Of a DNA stretch of 64,000 nucleotides, positions 20,383-29,707 are shown one piece after another. The DNA is from Porphyridium purpureum. Its lineage: Eukaryota. The notes below the pieces were generated by a model that made no database searches, was not told the DNA's origin, and saw only the letters and a list, made by a program, of their open reading frames with translations. The translations under genes and the position numbers were made by a program. The stretch is taken from positions 310,001 to 374,000 of the forward strand of contig VRMN01000002.1 in the NCBI GenBank assembly GCA_008690995.1. The letters run 5' to 3'. How positions within the stretch are numbered: the stretch's first letter is position 1; each line of letters opens with the position of its first letter.

Positions 20383-21112
20383 CGTTTTTCCAAACTCCAC
20401 ACGGAGATGACTCTGTTCTCTCTCAGCCTTGGAGGGTCTCTGTCTGGCGCAGCCCGTGCTAGCCACACTCACGCGCGCATTTACACCGCGAGCTGCCGAC
20501 ACGCCCCGCGCACGTTCAGTGTATCTGCAGAAAACGCGCGGCCGCGACGCCACCTTTTTCTGCGTGGATTTGCCAACCGCCAGTGCCATTCCGAATCACA
20601 TGGACGCGCAACCTATCTCTGCACCACGCGCAATCATCCTCATCAGGCTGCGCACACGCATCCATGTGAGCAGCATCGTTTCCACACTCAAGCTGAGCGC
20701 CTTGCGCACTGCGGCGATTCTCAGACACGCCATTTGTAAGGAGCACAAAGTACAGTGAGGCCGATGCGGCTGTACATAAATCGTATGAAACGTGTGTGTT
20801 TTGATAGAAAAGGTCTCTCGAGGAAAACGGAACTTTGGTAAAAGAGCGAGAGAGAGGGGAAATGGGAAAAAGGGATGAGCGCGCGAGTGGGACAGTCGCG
20901 TCTCGGTGTGAGCGAGGGGTGAAAAGGGGGTTGTCGCTGAGCGTGGATGCGGCGGCGCGCTCGAGGTTTGGGCCGGCGGTAGGTTGGAGGGTGACGAGCG
21001 TGCGGGCCGCGTGAGTTGGGGAGCGCGAGAGTGTGCGGGAGCGGACCGGGAACGCTGGGGCGCTGTGGACGGAGAGGGGGGAGGGCGATAGGGATTGCGC
21101 GTCGAGTGCAGC

Positions 21113-22480
21113 ATGCAGCTGCGCGCGTCGCCGTGGGACAAGACGCAGCAAGGGCGAGCAGGCACGGGCGCGGGGAGGGAGGCAGTGGGGTGGGCGGCGG
21201 TGTCTCCGACGGTGCAGGAAGCGGCCAGGCTCGGCGTGGGTACCGGCGAGGTCCTCTCGGCGCCGCAGGAGGTTGTGCACGAGCGGGAAGAGGCGGCGAC
21301 GTTGCCGTCCATGGACGAACAGGATGACCAACCGGTGCCGATGAGGGACGTGGAGACGCCGGCGGCTGCCGCTGCTGAACCAGCCGCTGCTGCGAGTCGA
21401 GGCCTGCGGCTGGACGACGAGCGCAATGACTCGGTCGTGATGGATGTTGATGCGGCATCTGGTCAGCACTCGATGAGCTCGTCCTTGGACGACGCCCAGG
21501 CGCCACGTCGTTCGGTGACCTGGGCGTCCCAGCACGCCGTGCCCCGCAGCGCAAGGGCCCCGGAATCTTCCGCCGCGGATGACTCGGTCGAAAAGCTCGC
21601 CGGAGAGCTGCAGAACCTTTTGGATTACGTGAAATCCAAGCCATCTTTCACACACGCGTCGGCGTCATTCATTCGCGACCATCTCCGCACGTTGTTGGTG
21701 CTCTCAGCTGCCGGGGCGCAGCGGGTATACGAGCAGCAGGAGAAGGAGCGGCTAGAAAGCATGCTGGCCTCCTCGTCACTCGTTCCGGGCTCGCTGGTCC
21801 CGCGGCTCATGCGCTCAAGTTCGTCCAACCAGGGCTGGTTCCAAATGCTGCCGAACGACCTAGCTAGACTCATTTTTTGTTTTCTAGACGGCCCGGACCT
21901 TGCGCACGTGCGGCTGGTGTGCAAGCAGTGGGACGCGTTCGGCAAGGAGGAACATCTATGGCAACGGCTTTGCACGCGCAACTGGCGAGCACTGGACCAC
22001 GACCACAGCCTGTGGAAGCTTTTGGGCTCGAGCGCGCTTCTAGACGACCCGCAGCGCTGGCGCAAGATATACGCAAAAGTGCGCGCGCGCAAGCACTTTC
22101 GGTGTCGCTTGCAGAAGACGGGCCGCTTCATTTGCCACCTGGTTGCGCACCATGTGAAGGGCGGAGAACTGGGCAAGAATGGGCTCCCGGAGACGTTGAT
22201 CGTCGAACGCCGATTTAGTATCTCGCACCTGGAAACGTTTGTGCTGCCGGACGCCTCGGTGCTTTATTTTGAGCCGGAGACCGATGCAGATCGCCCGGGC
22301 TTTGAGGAATTTATCGAGTATCTGCTCAAACGGGAGCGAGCAGGCCTAGCGCTCGATGACGAGCGCAGAATCATCTTTATTCCGCCGTGCGAATTTTCGA
22401 AGCAGATGGGCTACGACGGACCGAACCTGCTCGGCATTGTCCAGTTCCAGTATCCGCCGCTTGCAAATCATCACTCGTAA
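21113..22480 (+). CDS. F-box + SPOC-like domain protein, paralog 1
   Basis: F-box LPNDLARLIFCFLDGPDLAHVRLVCKQW; C-terminal SPOC-like region (FEEFIEYLLKRERAGLA...IFIPP...LLGIV). Start codon uncertain. Confidence 0.82.
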   Translation: MQLRASPWDKTQQGRAGTGAGREAVGWAAVSPTVQEAARLGVGTGEVLSAPQEVVHEREEAATLPSMDEQDDQPVPMRDVETPAAAAAEPAAAASRGLRLDDERNDSVVMDVDAASGQHSMSSSLDDAQAPRRSVTWASQHAVPRSARAPESSAADDSVEKLAGELQNLLDYVKSKPSFTHASASFIRDHLRTLLVLSAAGAQRVYEQQEKERLESMLASSSLVPGSLVPRLMRSSSSNQGWFQMLPNDLARLIFCFLDGPDLAHVRLVCKQWDAFGKEEHLWQRLCTRNWRALDHDHSLWKLLGSSALLDDPQRWRKIYAKVRARKHFRCRLQKTGRFICHLVAHHVKGGELGKNGLPETLIVERRFSISHLETFVLPDASVLYFEPETDADRPGFEEFIEYLLKRERAGLALDDERRIIFIPPCEFSKQMGYDGPNLLGIVQFQYPPLANHHS

Positions 22481-23519
22481 AAGAGCTGCATGCGTGTCTT
22501 TCAGGCGCACGTTGCGCTTTGAGGAAATGAACATACTCTGGCATGGAGCCTACCACGGCGCCCTCTGGATCATTTCTTTGGAAGGTGCCACCTCGCAGGC
22601 TTTTTGCGGAAGCCGATCCGGATCGTGGCTGGGAAGCGTGCGCGGCCCTCTGCCACGGCCACACGAGCCGCTTGATAAAAGAATGCAGCGTAACTCTGTT
22701 GATATTCAGCTGTGTTGAAGCTGCGCATGCAGTGTTGCTCGTGCCGCAGCCGGGAACGATTTGTTCCTTTTCATTTAATGCGCGTCCATGTGGACGCCCA
22801 TGGATGTGTGTGACGGTTTGTGCAAATGGTGCCGCGCGGGCAGAAACCTATCTCCCACCGGTCTGCGCAAGTTCCCTACTAGCTTGTGTGTGCATACTGA
22901 GCCTCCGCACAAGCATCCACTGTGGAAGCCGGGGCATCACCCCAGGCGTACCCACAACACCCAGGCGCTGCGCGTCTTTGCTGCCGCAGCTCCCCCTCAT
23001 TCCGAGTTTCTACGGCATGCCACTGTACCTCTACCGTTTACACGCTGCCGCAGCGCGTGTACAGTGACACTTCTACGAACTCTATCCGTTCAAATAGGAA
23101 CCCTCCGAATCAGCCCGAAAGCCCAGATCAACGAAACCTGCAATGCGCGTGCGCGGCGTTTGTTGTGCCTTTTGTTGTTAAACGCATCAAGTCCTCGGGC
23201 AATCTCACTCCGTACACCGCCATCACACCCTACTCCTCAGCCAAAGACCACGACCACGGGCTGTCGTCGTCGAAGTCACCACAGTCGCCGTCGCAGTTCT
23301 AGCCGTGGCTGCCGTCCAAGCTGTGGCGCGCGACGACGCGCTTGATCGTGGTGAAGAGACCGCGAGGCGCCGTGGTTGTTCAGAGCGGCGTTCCCAACGT
23401 GCGTGAGTGTGCGTGTGAGCGTGAGAAAGCGGCAATGGATGACATGGGTACCGAATCGCGATGAAAGCACTGTAAAGGCGTCTGTTTCTCCGGGTTTTCG
23501 GGCAGTAGGGTTTTGTGTA

Positions 23520-23830
23520 GGGTTGTGTGTGTGTGTTTCTGGTGATGAGGATGATTGCGGGTATCAAAGAGAGAGGCGGAGGAGAAGGAGGAGGGAAGTG
23601 TACCCACGGAGGTTCATTGTCTGTAATGGATTGGATTGGATTTTGTGTGTGTGTGTGCAGGGGTGTGTGTGTGTGTGTGTGTGGGTGACAGGGAGAAAGA
23701 GCGAGGGAGAAAGGGAGAGGAAGAGAAGGGAGAGAAGCGAGAGAAGGGAGAGAAGGGAGAGAGAAGAGAAGACGCTGTGGGAAGAGTGGTGGGTTGGAGA
23801 AAGGTAGGGTGGAGAGGGAGGGAGGAGGTG
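23520..23830 (+). repeat. GT/GA low-complexity microsatellite tract upstream of F-box paralog 2
   Basis: (GT)n runs followed by purine-only GA/GGA runs. Confidence 0.75.
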
Positions 23831-23839
23831 GTAGAGTGG

Positions 23840-26371
23840 ATGAACGTGGGCGTGTTTGAGCACGGGCGAGTGGGGCCTGCGGACGAGGGGCGAGGGGAGG
23901 CGCGCGCGAGCAGTAAGGCGGCGTGCTTGCCCGAGATGGACGCGACGCCCGCGGCGTGTGAGGCGCCCGGGGAGAGGAGCGCGTGTGATGGAGAGGGGGG
24001 TGCGAGGGGCCGTGAACCGCGGAGGGCCGCGGGCGACGGGATATGGGTGCCGCGGGACGCGCCGAGCGCGCCGGAGCCGCATGACGACGACGACGATGAG
24101 AACATGCTGCGCGCGCAAGACGTGCAGAGCATACCGCCACGCGAGGAGCACAGCGGGTCCTTGCGTGGCGCTGCAATCGGGATTGGCCGGTTGTTTCATG
24201 CGCAGCAGAGCCAGCCGAGTGACTCCTCGCTGCAAGCCGTCATGCCGTCGTCGCCGAGCACGCGCTGCGCCTCGCCGGGCGAGACGATTTCTCCTCGCCT
24301 ACCGGCAAACCAGCAAACTGCCGGCTCGGCGACGGCGGCGGCGGCAGCGGCGGGTTGTAGCGACGGCAGCGGCCCGGGCACAAGCCTTGCAGGCGGGCTG
24401 GTGGGCACCGGCGATCATTCCTGCACTGTACACCCTGCGGCGCTGCTCCATCAGGACGTGCGTCCGGTCGCAGCGCCGTCAGCGCTCGCTCCTCATGTGG
24501 ACATTATGGCTATCATGTCTCAGGGACACGTCACGGAAACAACACCGGCGCACACGCAGTGTGCCTGCTGCAAGGCGCGAGTCGCTGCGGCGGGGGTCTC
24601 GAGTGCGCGAAAAAACACCTCGAAAGCTGCAGTAGTCACCGCGGATACCGCGACATACGCGGACCCGACGCAGCCAAGCACAGCGAACAATGTAGGATCG
24701 GCGGCTGCTGTGGCACACCCATCGGGGGCCGTTGAGGAGGCCTCGGTCCACGCGAGCCGTGCAGAACACGCAGAGTCTGGCCGGATCTCAGACTCAGAGT
24801 GGAAGCTCATCTCGGCGCTGCGCGACGCGGTGCATGGTGCGATGATGGGTGGCGACGGAAGTCGTCAAGGCGGCATACGGTCTGATACCCCGGCTTCCAG
24901 CGCGGGAGCAGGCGACGTGTCAATAAGAGAAAGGACGCTGATCACGGCGTTACGAGAAACGGTGGACTCCGCTATTGGCGGAAGGCTTTTGTCTGGAGGG
25001 GCTCCCGCGACAGGTTCCGCCACGCCTTCTGGTGCGTGCGCCTCACCATTTAAGTACAAGAACGATACGGAGATGGATGCTCCAGGTGCCGTCGATTCGA
25101 ATGCCGGCTCTCTGAAGCGCAAATCAACACCGACAAGGTACAGCGTGCAGCCAAGTAGCGCGGCGGCTCGGCAATCGAAAATAGAAGGCCCTGCTAGTGC
25201 ACCAGCGGGGGCACCTGCCACCATGACCGCAGGGAGATCCGTGTTTGGGGCGATGGGAAGCAGCGGCGCGGCGACCGTGACCACGACGAGCTCAGAAGCA
25301 GAGGAATCAGACCTTGCCATGCGCTCTGCACCGGCGCTCAAACGCCAGAGACGCGGAGACCCGAATGAAAACCATCAAATCAGCCCCCTAGGAGATGAAA
25401 ACAGTAATATATCGAAAGTGCCGGCATGGCAGCAGGGCGGTTCTGCAGTGGCGTACTTCCCAAGTGCGTTGGATCTGCTCAAAGCAGCATTCGAAGGACT
25501 TGGCGAGGAGCTCGCCATCGATGAGAAGGACGATACCGTATGGCGTCTCATGTCCCAGCTGATCGGCGTGTTGGAGTATGTGTCGGTGAAGCCCACGCTG
25601 ATCGGCGGGCCGGCTTCCTTTTTGCGCGATTATTTACGCACGCTGCTGGTGGGGTCCGCGTCGGAAGGCCAGCGCGAGATTGTGCGGCGGGAGATCGTCA
25701 GTGCCGATTTGTATCCGCAGCGGCGGGCAAATCTCTTCAACGCGCTGCCGCACGAGCTGACCAAGCACATTTTGTCGTTTTTGGATGGGCGAAACATGGC
25801 GCGCGCACGGCAGGTGTGCCAAACGTGGCGCGAGATCGCGTGCGACGAGGAGATATGGAAGCAGTTGTGCATCAAGGAGTGGCGCTCGCTTGCCGCGGAT
25901 CCTGATGCATGGCCACTGGCTAATCCGCTGGTGAGCCACGAGGATCCGAACCGCTGGAGAAAGATCTATCCGAGTCTGGTCACAGGGAAGAGCTGGCGCT
26001 GCCGGCTACAGAAAACAGGCCGCTTCATTTGCCACATGATCGCACACCAGGTGAATGGATCGTCGCTGGGCGAGCGCGGACTTCCTGACACGCTCGTTGT
26101 AGAACGCCGCTTCAATATTCTCCACCTCCAGACCTTCGTACTTCCGGACGCAGCCGTGCTTTATTTTGAGCCGGAATCCGAAGCTGACCGTAGCGGCTTT
26201 GAAGACTTTATCGAGTACCTCACGCGGCGCACGCGCGCGGGGCTTGCGCTCGACGAGCAGCGACGCTTCATCTTCATTCCGCCCTGCGAGTATTCAAAGG
26301 ACACACTCAACTACCGCGGCAAAAGCTTACTAGGCGTGGTGCAGAATGCATTTCCGCCATTGCAGGGCTGA
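23840..26371 (+). CDS. F-box + SPOC-like domain protein, paralog 2, with a long disordered N-terminus
   Basis: F-box LPHELTKHILSFLDGRNMARARQVCQTW; C-terminus highly similar to paralog 1. Start is ATG 23840 or 23936 (uncertain). Confidence 0.82.
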   Translation: MNVGVFEHGRVGPADEGRGEARASSKAACLPEMDATPAACEAPGERSACDGEGGARGREPRRAAGDGIWVPRDAPSAPEPHDDDDDENMLRAQDVQSIPPREEHSGSLRGAAIGIGRLFHAQQSQPSDSSLQAVMPSSPSTRCASPGETISPRLPANQQTAGSATAAAAAAGCSDGSGPGTSLAGGLVGTGDHSCTVHPAALLHQDVRPVAAPSALAPHVDIMAIMSQGHVTETTPAHTQCACCKARVAAAGVSSARKNTSKAAVVTADTATYADPTQPSTANNVGSAAAVAHPSGAVEEASVHASRAEHAESGRISDSEWKLISALRDAVHGAMMGGDGSRQGGIRSDTPASSAGAGDVSIRERTLITALRETVDSAIGGRLLSGGAPATGSATPSGACASPFKYKNDTEMDAPGAVDSNAGSLKRKSTPTRYSVQPSSAAARQSKIEGPASAPAGAPATMTAGRSVFGAMGSSGAATVTTTSSEAEESDLAMRSAPALKRQRRGDPNENHQISPLGDENSNISKVPAWQQGGSAVAYFPSALDLLKAAFEGLGEELAIDEKDDTVWRLMSQLIGVLEYVSVKPTLIGGPASFLRDYLRTLLVGSASEGQREIVRREIVSADLYPQRRANLFNALPHELTKHILSFLDGRNMARARQVCQTWREIACDEEIWKQLCIKEWRSLAADPDAWPLANPLVSHEDPNRWRKIYPSLVTGKSWRCRLQKTGRFICHMIAHQVNGSSLGERGLPDTLVVERRFNILHLQTFVLPDAAVLYFEPESEADRSGFEDFIEYLTRRTRAGLALDEQRRFIFIPPCEYSKDTLNYRGKSLLGVVQNAFPPLQG

Positions 26372-26745
26372 CTTTTGGAATGAGCATCATCATGAGTAGG
26401 CTCCCTCGTGACCAACTTGTTTGTTCCGTCCTCAGTCGGTCTTTATTTCTGCTTTCATTTTCTTAATGAACATGTACATTCTTGTTCAGGCGCCGGCCAG
26501 AGTGCATGGGTAAACACGGCGCGGCTAACCTCGGCCCCGTGCAGCAGCAAATATGACTGATGATTCCCCAAATCTACTGTTTTCCTCCGCTCTTCCCAGG
26601 CCTGCGGTTCTGTCATTCGCTAGAGAAACAAGGTCCGCGAGGTTGACTCACGACCACGACGGGTTTACACGACTTTCGCGATAAATTTTGTAGAGTTTGC
26701 GTTCGTTTCGTCCACGGCACGTGGGGCAGAGGAAGCTGCGGCGCG

Positions 26746-27693
26746 ATGCAGCGCTCCCGCGTGAGTCTCGGAAAGACGGGCCTGCAAGTCAGCCCGCTGG
26801 GCTTTGGTGCGTCGCCTCTGGGAGGCGTGTTTCGTCCGATTGACGAGGAAGACGGCGTACGCGCGGTGGTCGAGGCATTCAAAAGCGGCATCAACTACTT
26901 TGATGTATCGCCGTATTATGGTAACACGCGCGCCGAGACTGTGCTGGGCCGCGGCCTGCGGCAGCTACCGCGCGATGAGATCGTCGTGGGCACCAAGGTC
27001 GGCAGGTACGGTAACGAGTTTGACTTTTCGGCAGAGCGCGTGACGCGGTCGATTGACGAGTCGTGCGCTCGACTGGGCGTCGACACGCTGGATATCGTCC
27101 TTTGCCACGATATTGAGTTTGCGCAGAATATCGAACAGATCGTGTCCGAGACCATCCCGGCGCTGCATAAGTTCAAGGAAAGCGGCAAAATCCGCGCCAT
27201 TGGTGTGAGTGGCTACCCGCTGTCGGTATACAAGTATGTCATGAGCAGCACGTCCATCCCGACTGATCTGATTTTGAGCTACTGCCACTACAACTTGCAT
27301 GATGATTCGCTCATCGACATGGCGTCGCGAATGAAAGCCCAGTCGGGCATTGGCGTCGTCAACGCCTCGGTGCTAAGCATGGGGCTTCTCACGCAGAGCG
27401 GCTGTCCCGATTGGCATCCGGCGCCTGCGGAACTCAAGGCCGCAGCAAGTAAAGCCGCGCAGATCTGCGCCGAGGCGGGCGAAGATCTCGCGTCGGTGGC
27501 CCTGCGTTTTGCGTTTAGTGGCGCCAAGGATGTCATTGATGCCACGCTGCTGGGCATCGATAGCACCGCGACGCTGGAGAAAAACCTTACCACTCTGAAT
27601 GAGCAGGGTGATATCGATCCGGCCCTGTTGGAAAAGGTGCTTGCTGTTTTCAAACCCGTGCACAACATGACTTGGAAGTCAGGCCAAAGATAA
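26746..27693 (+). CDS. GalDH: L-galactose dehydrogenase (aldo-keto reductase family; ascorbate pathway)
   Basis: Motifs LGKTGLQVSPLGFGASPLGGVF, GINYFDVSPYYG, TKVGRY, CHDIEF, LSYCHY and MGLLT...PDWHPA. Confidence 0.85.
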   Translation: MQRSRVSLGKTGLQVSPLGFGASPLGGVFRPIDEEDGVRAVVEAFKSGINYFDVSPYYGNTRAETVLGRGLRQLPRDEIVVGTKVGRYGNEFDFSAERVTRSIDESCARLGVDTLDIVLCHDIEFAQNIEQIVSETIPALHKFKESGKIRAIGVSGYPLSVYKYVMSSTSIPTDLILSYCHYNLHDDSLIDMASRMKAQSGIGVVNASVLSMGLLTQSGCPDWHPAPAELKAAASKAAQICAEAGEDLASVALRFAFSGAKDVIDATLLGIDSTATLEKNLTTLNEQGDIDPALLEKVLAVFKPVHNMTWKSGQR

Positions 27694-27945
27694 AACGCGC
27701 GTTTCGTCCGTCCGGTGCTACGCTCAAGAGTTCTTGATCGTGAAATAGATCCGACCAACTTGTGGGCTCGAAGTTGTCCGGGCATGGGCCGCGGTTTCGA
27801 CGGAGCGTGGGGAGGACAAAAGCAGTTACGCGGGCGAGTCAAATAAAATCAGGTATATCTGTCTGTATCACTAAAGAGCTCCGAATCGACATCTAATCGA
27901 TCGAAGGAAATTATTAGAGACGTCCTGCTTCACTTCCAACCTATC

Positions 27946-29193
27946 CTAGATTCCTGTAAATCGGAGCAGCAGACCGTTGCCGCCCAACACAAAGCCCTTG
28001 TCCTTGCCGAAAAACTTGATGTCATAGAGGATTCCTCCTGTCTTGCCGACCAAATCGTCGCGCTTCCAGGTCTTGCCGTGATCTTTGCTGAACCACAGCG
28101 TACCTCCTCCAACTGACGCCCACACATCCTCGGTGTCTGGTCGGAACGCCACGTTGAGAATGGCGTACCCGCCCGTCTTAATCTTGATGTCATCAAAGTC
28201 CAGTGCCGAGGTCGTAAGCAGGTCGACACCCGGTTTGGTGAACCCTAGCCCGCCACCGCGCGTCGCCATCCAAAGCCCCTTGGAGAGCTCATTGTCAATG
28301 AAACCCATCGCCTGAATTCGGCGGGACGAGTCTCGCGCATGCGGAATCCAAAAGTCCTGGCCTTTCTCCCACGTCAAGTAGAAGTTTCCGCGCGACGAGA
28401 TGGCCAGGTAGGAGCCGGTGACGTCGCGGAGCACCGACACGATTGAGCCCGTGAAGTACGACGCGCCGCTCACTCCGGACGATACGGTTCTGTTGAGGGT
28501 TGCGTCGATCGTTTCCTTGACTTGCGCTTTCCAGTTGCGCCCGCCGTTCGTCGTGGTGTACACCGCACCCGCCGTGGTGCACAGTTCCGCGGTGTTGGGT
28601 GACAGCGCCGTGATGATCACTGGATCACCTGGCAGCTTCGGAGAGAGCGGCACGCGCTCCCATGACTTGCCTGCATCGCGGGTGTGGAGCAGAATCGACG
28701 GTTTGCCGATAACCCAGCCCTCGTCGCCCACAAAGGACACCTTCTGGAAACGGTAGTTGATCTCCTCTTCTGGGTCGAGATTCTGGAAGGAGCGCGCCTG
28801 CCAGGTCTTCCCGCCATCCGAGCTTTCCGCAATGGAGCCTCGCGAGCCAACGAGCCATCCCCGATTGCTTCCCTTGACAAAGTCGAGATCGAACACGGTC
28901 GCGTCCGACGGCAAATCGACCTTCTCCCAATTCTTCGAGACGGCGACGTCCGCTGCCTCGGCGCCTTCGCTCTTGCTGATGGCCGCCATAAGCGAAGCGT
29001 ACATTGCCGAGGTCAGCACGTTCCTCCTGGACACCGGCGCGACGGCGTGCGCGTCCGCATCGCCGCGCGGCGCCGAGCCTCCCGCGTCGCACATGCAGAT
29101 CGCCGCGGCGGATCCCGCGCGCACCGACGCGCCCGCTGCGACCGCTGCGCGGCCGCGCACCGGCACAACCGGAAGCACAAACGCGCTCTCCAT
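27946..29193 (-). CDS. HCF136: Photosystem II stability/assembly factor HCF136/Ycf48, nuclear-encoded
   Basis: Motifs YRFQKVSF, WERVPLSPKLPG, SSRGNFYLTW and RRIQAMGF. Bipartite leader: MESAFV plastid transit peptide plus VSRRNVL twin-arginine signal. Confidence 0.93.
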   Translation of the reverse strand: MESAFVLPVVPVRGRAAVAAGASVRAGSAAAICMCDAGGSAPRGDADAHAVAPVSRRNVLTSAMYASLMAAISKSEGAEAADVAVSKNWEKVDLPSDATVFDLDFVKGSNRGWLVGSRGSIAESSDGGKTWQARSFQNLDPEEEINYRFQKVSFVGDEGWVIGKPSILLHTRDAGKSWERVPLSPKLPGDPVIITALSPNTAELCTTAGAVYTTTNGGRNWKAQVKETIDATLNRTVSSGVSGASYFTGSIVSVLRDVTGSYLAISSRGNFYLTWEKGQDFWIPHARDSSRRIQAMGFIDNELSKGLWMATRGGGLGFTKPGVDLLTTSALDFDDIKIKTGGYAILNVAFRPDTEDVWASVGGGTLWFSKDHGKTWKRDDLVGKTGGILYDIKFFGKDKGFVLGGNGLLLRFTGI

Positions 29194-29449
29194 CACCCAC
29201 ACGCTGCTCCTCTCTCTCTCTCCCTCTCTCTCCTTCCTCACACGTCTCTCTCACACCCACCGCATGCGTCGCTCTCTCTCACTCTTTTTCTTCCGTGCAC
29301 AACATCTCAACTTCCACTCACTTGGCGAGATCACATTCGACCCAACCAGAGGTACAGTCACACGTCTATTCAAACATGCCCTGATTTGATCATTTTGTGC
29401 CGCAATCGAAACTGGGGTCGCCCACTGTACCCACAGCACTCACCCACAC

Positions 29450-29548
29450 GAACCGGTTGAAGCGGTTGAAGCGGTTGAAGCGGTTGAAGCGGTTGAAGCG
29501 GTTGAAGCGGTTGAAGCGGTTGAAGCGGTTGAAGCGGTTGAAGCAGTT
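29450..29548. repeat. 9-bp minisatellite (GAAGCGGTT)x11 in the HCF136/ELP1 divergent spacer
   Basis: Nine perfect units at 29459-29539, flanked by the variants GAACCGGTT and GAAGCAGTT. Confidence 0.95.
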
Positions 29549-29648
29549 CCCTTAAATGAATCTCGGTTTATCGGTTTAATGGGTTATTGGTTAGGAGCGA
29601 TGAACCGATTGGCGCGTGTGCCGCGCGTGGTCGCGACGGGATGGAAAT

Positions 29649-29684
<36 letters not shown>

Positions 29685-29707
29685 GAGAGAGAGACACGTA
29701 TGCAGGA

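Noticed and set aside
29450..29548. Tandem repeat as a CRISPR array or telomere
   Set aside because: Contiguous 9-bp units with no spacers, internal location in eukaryotic DNA, and no cas genes.
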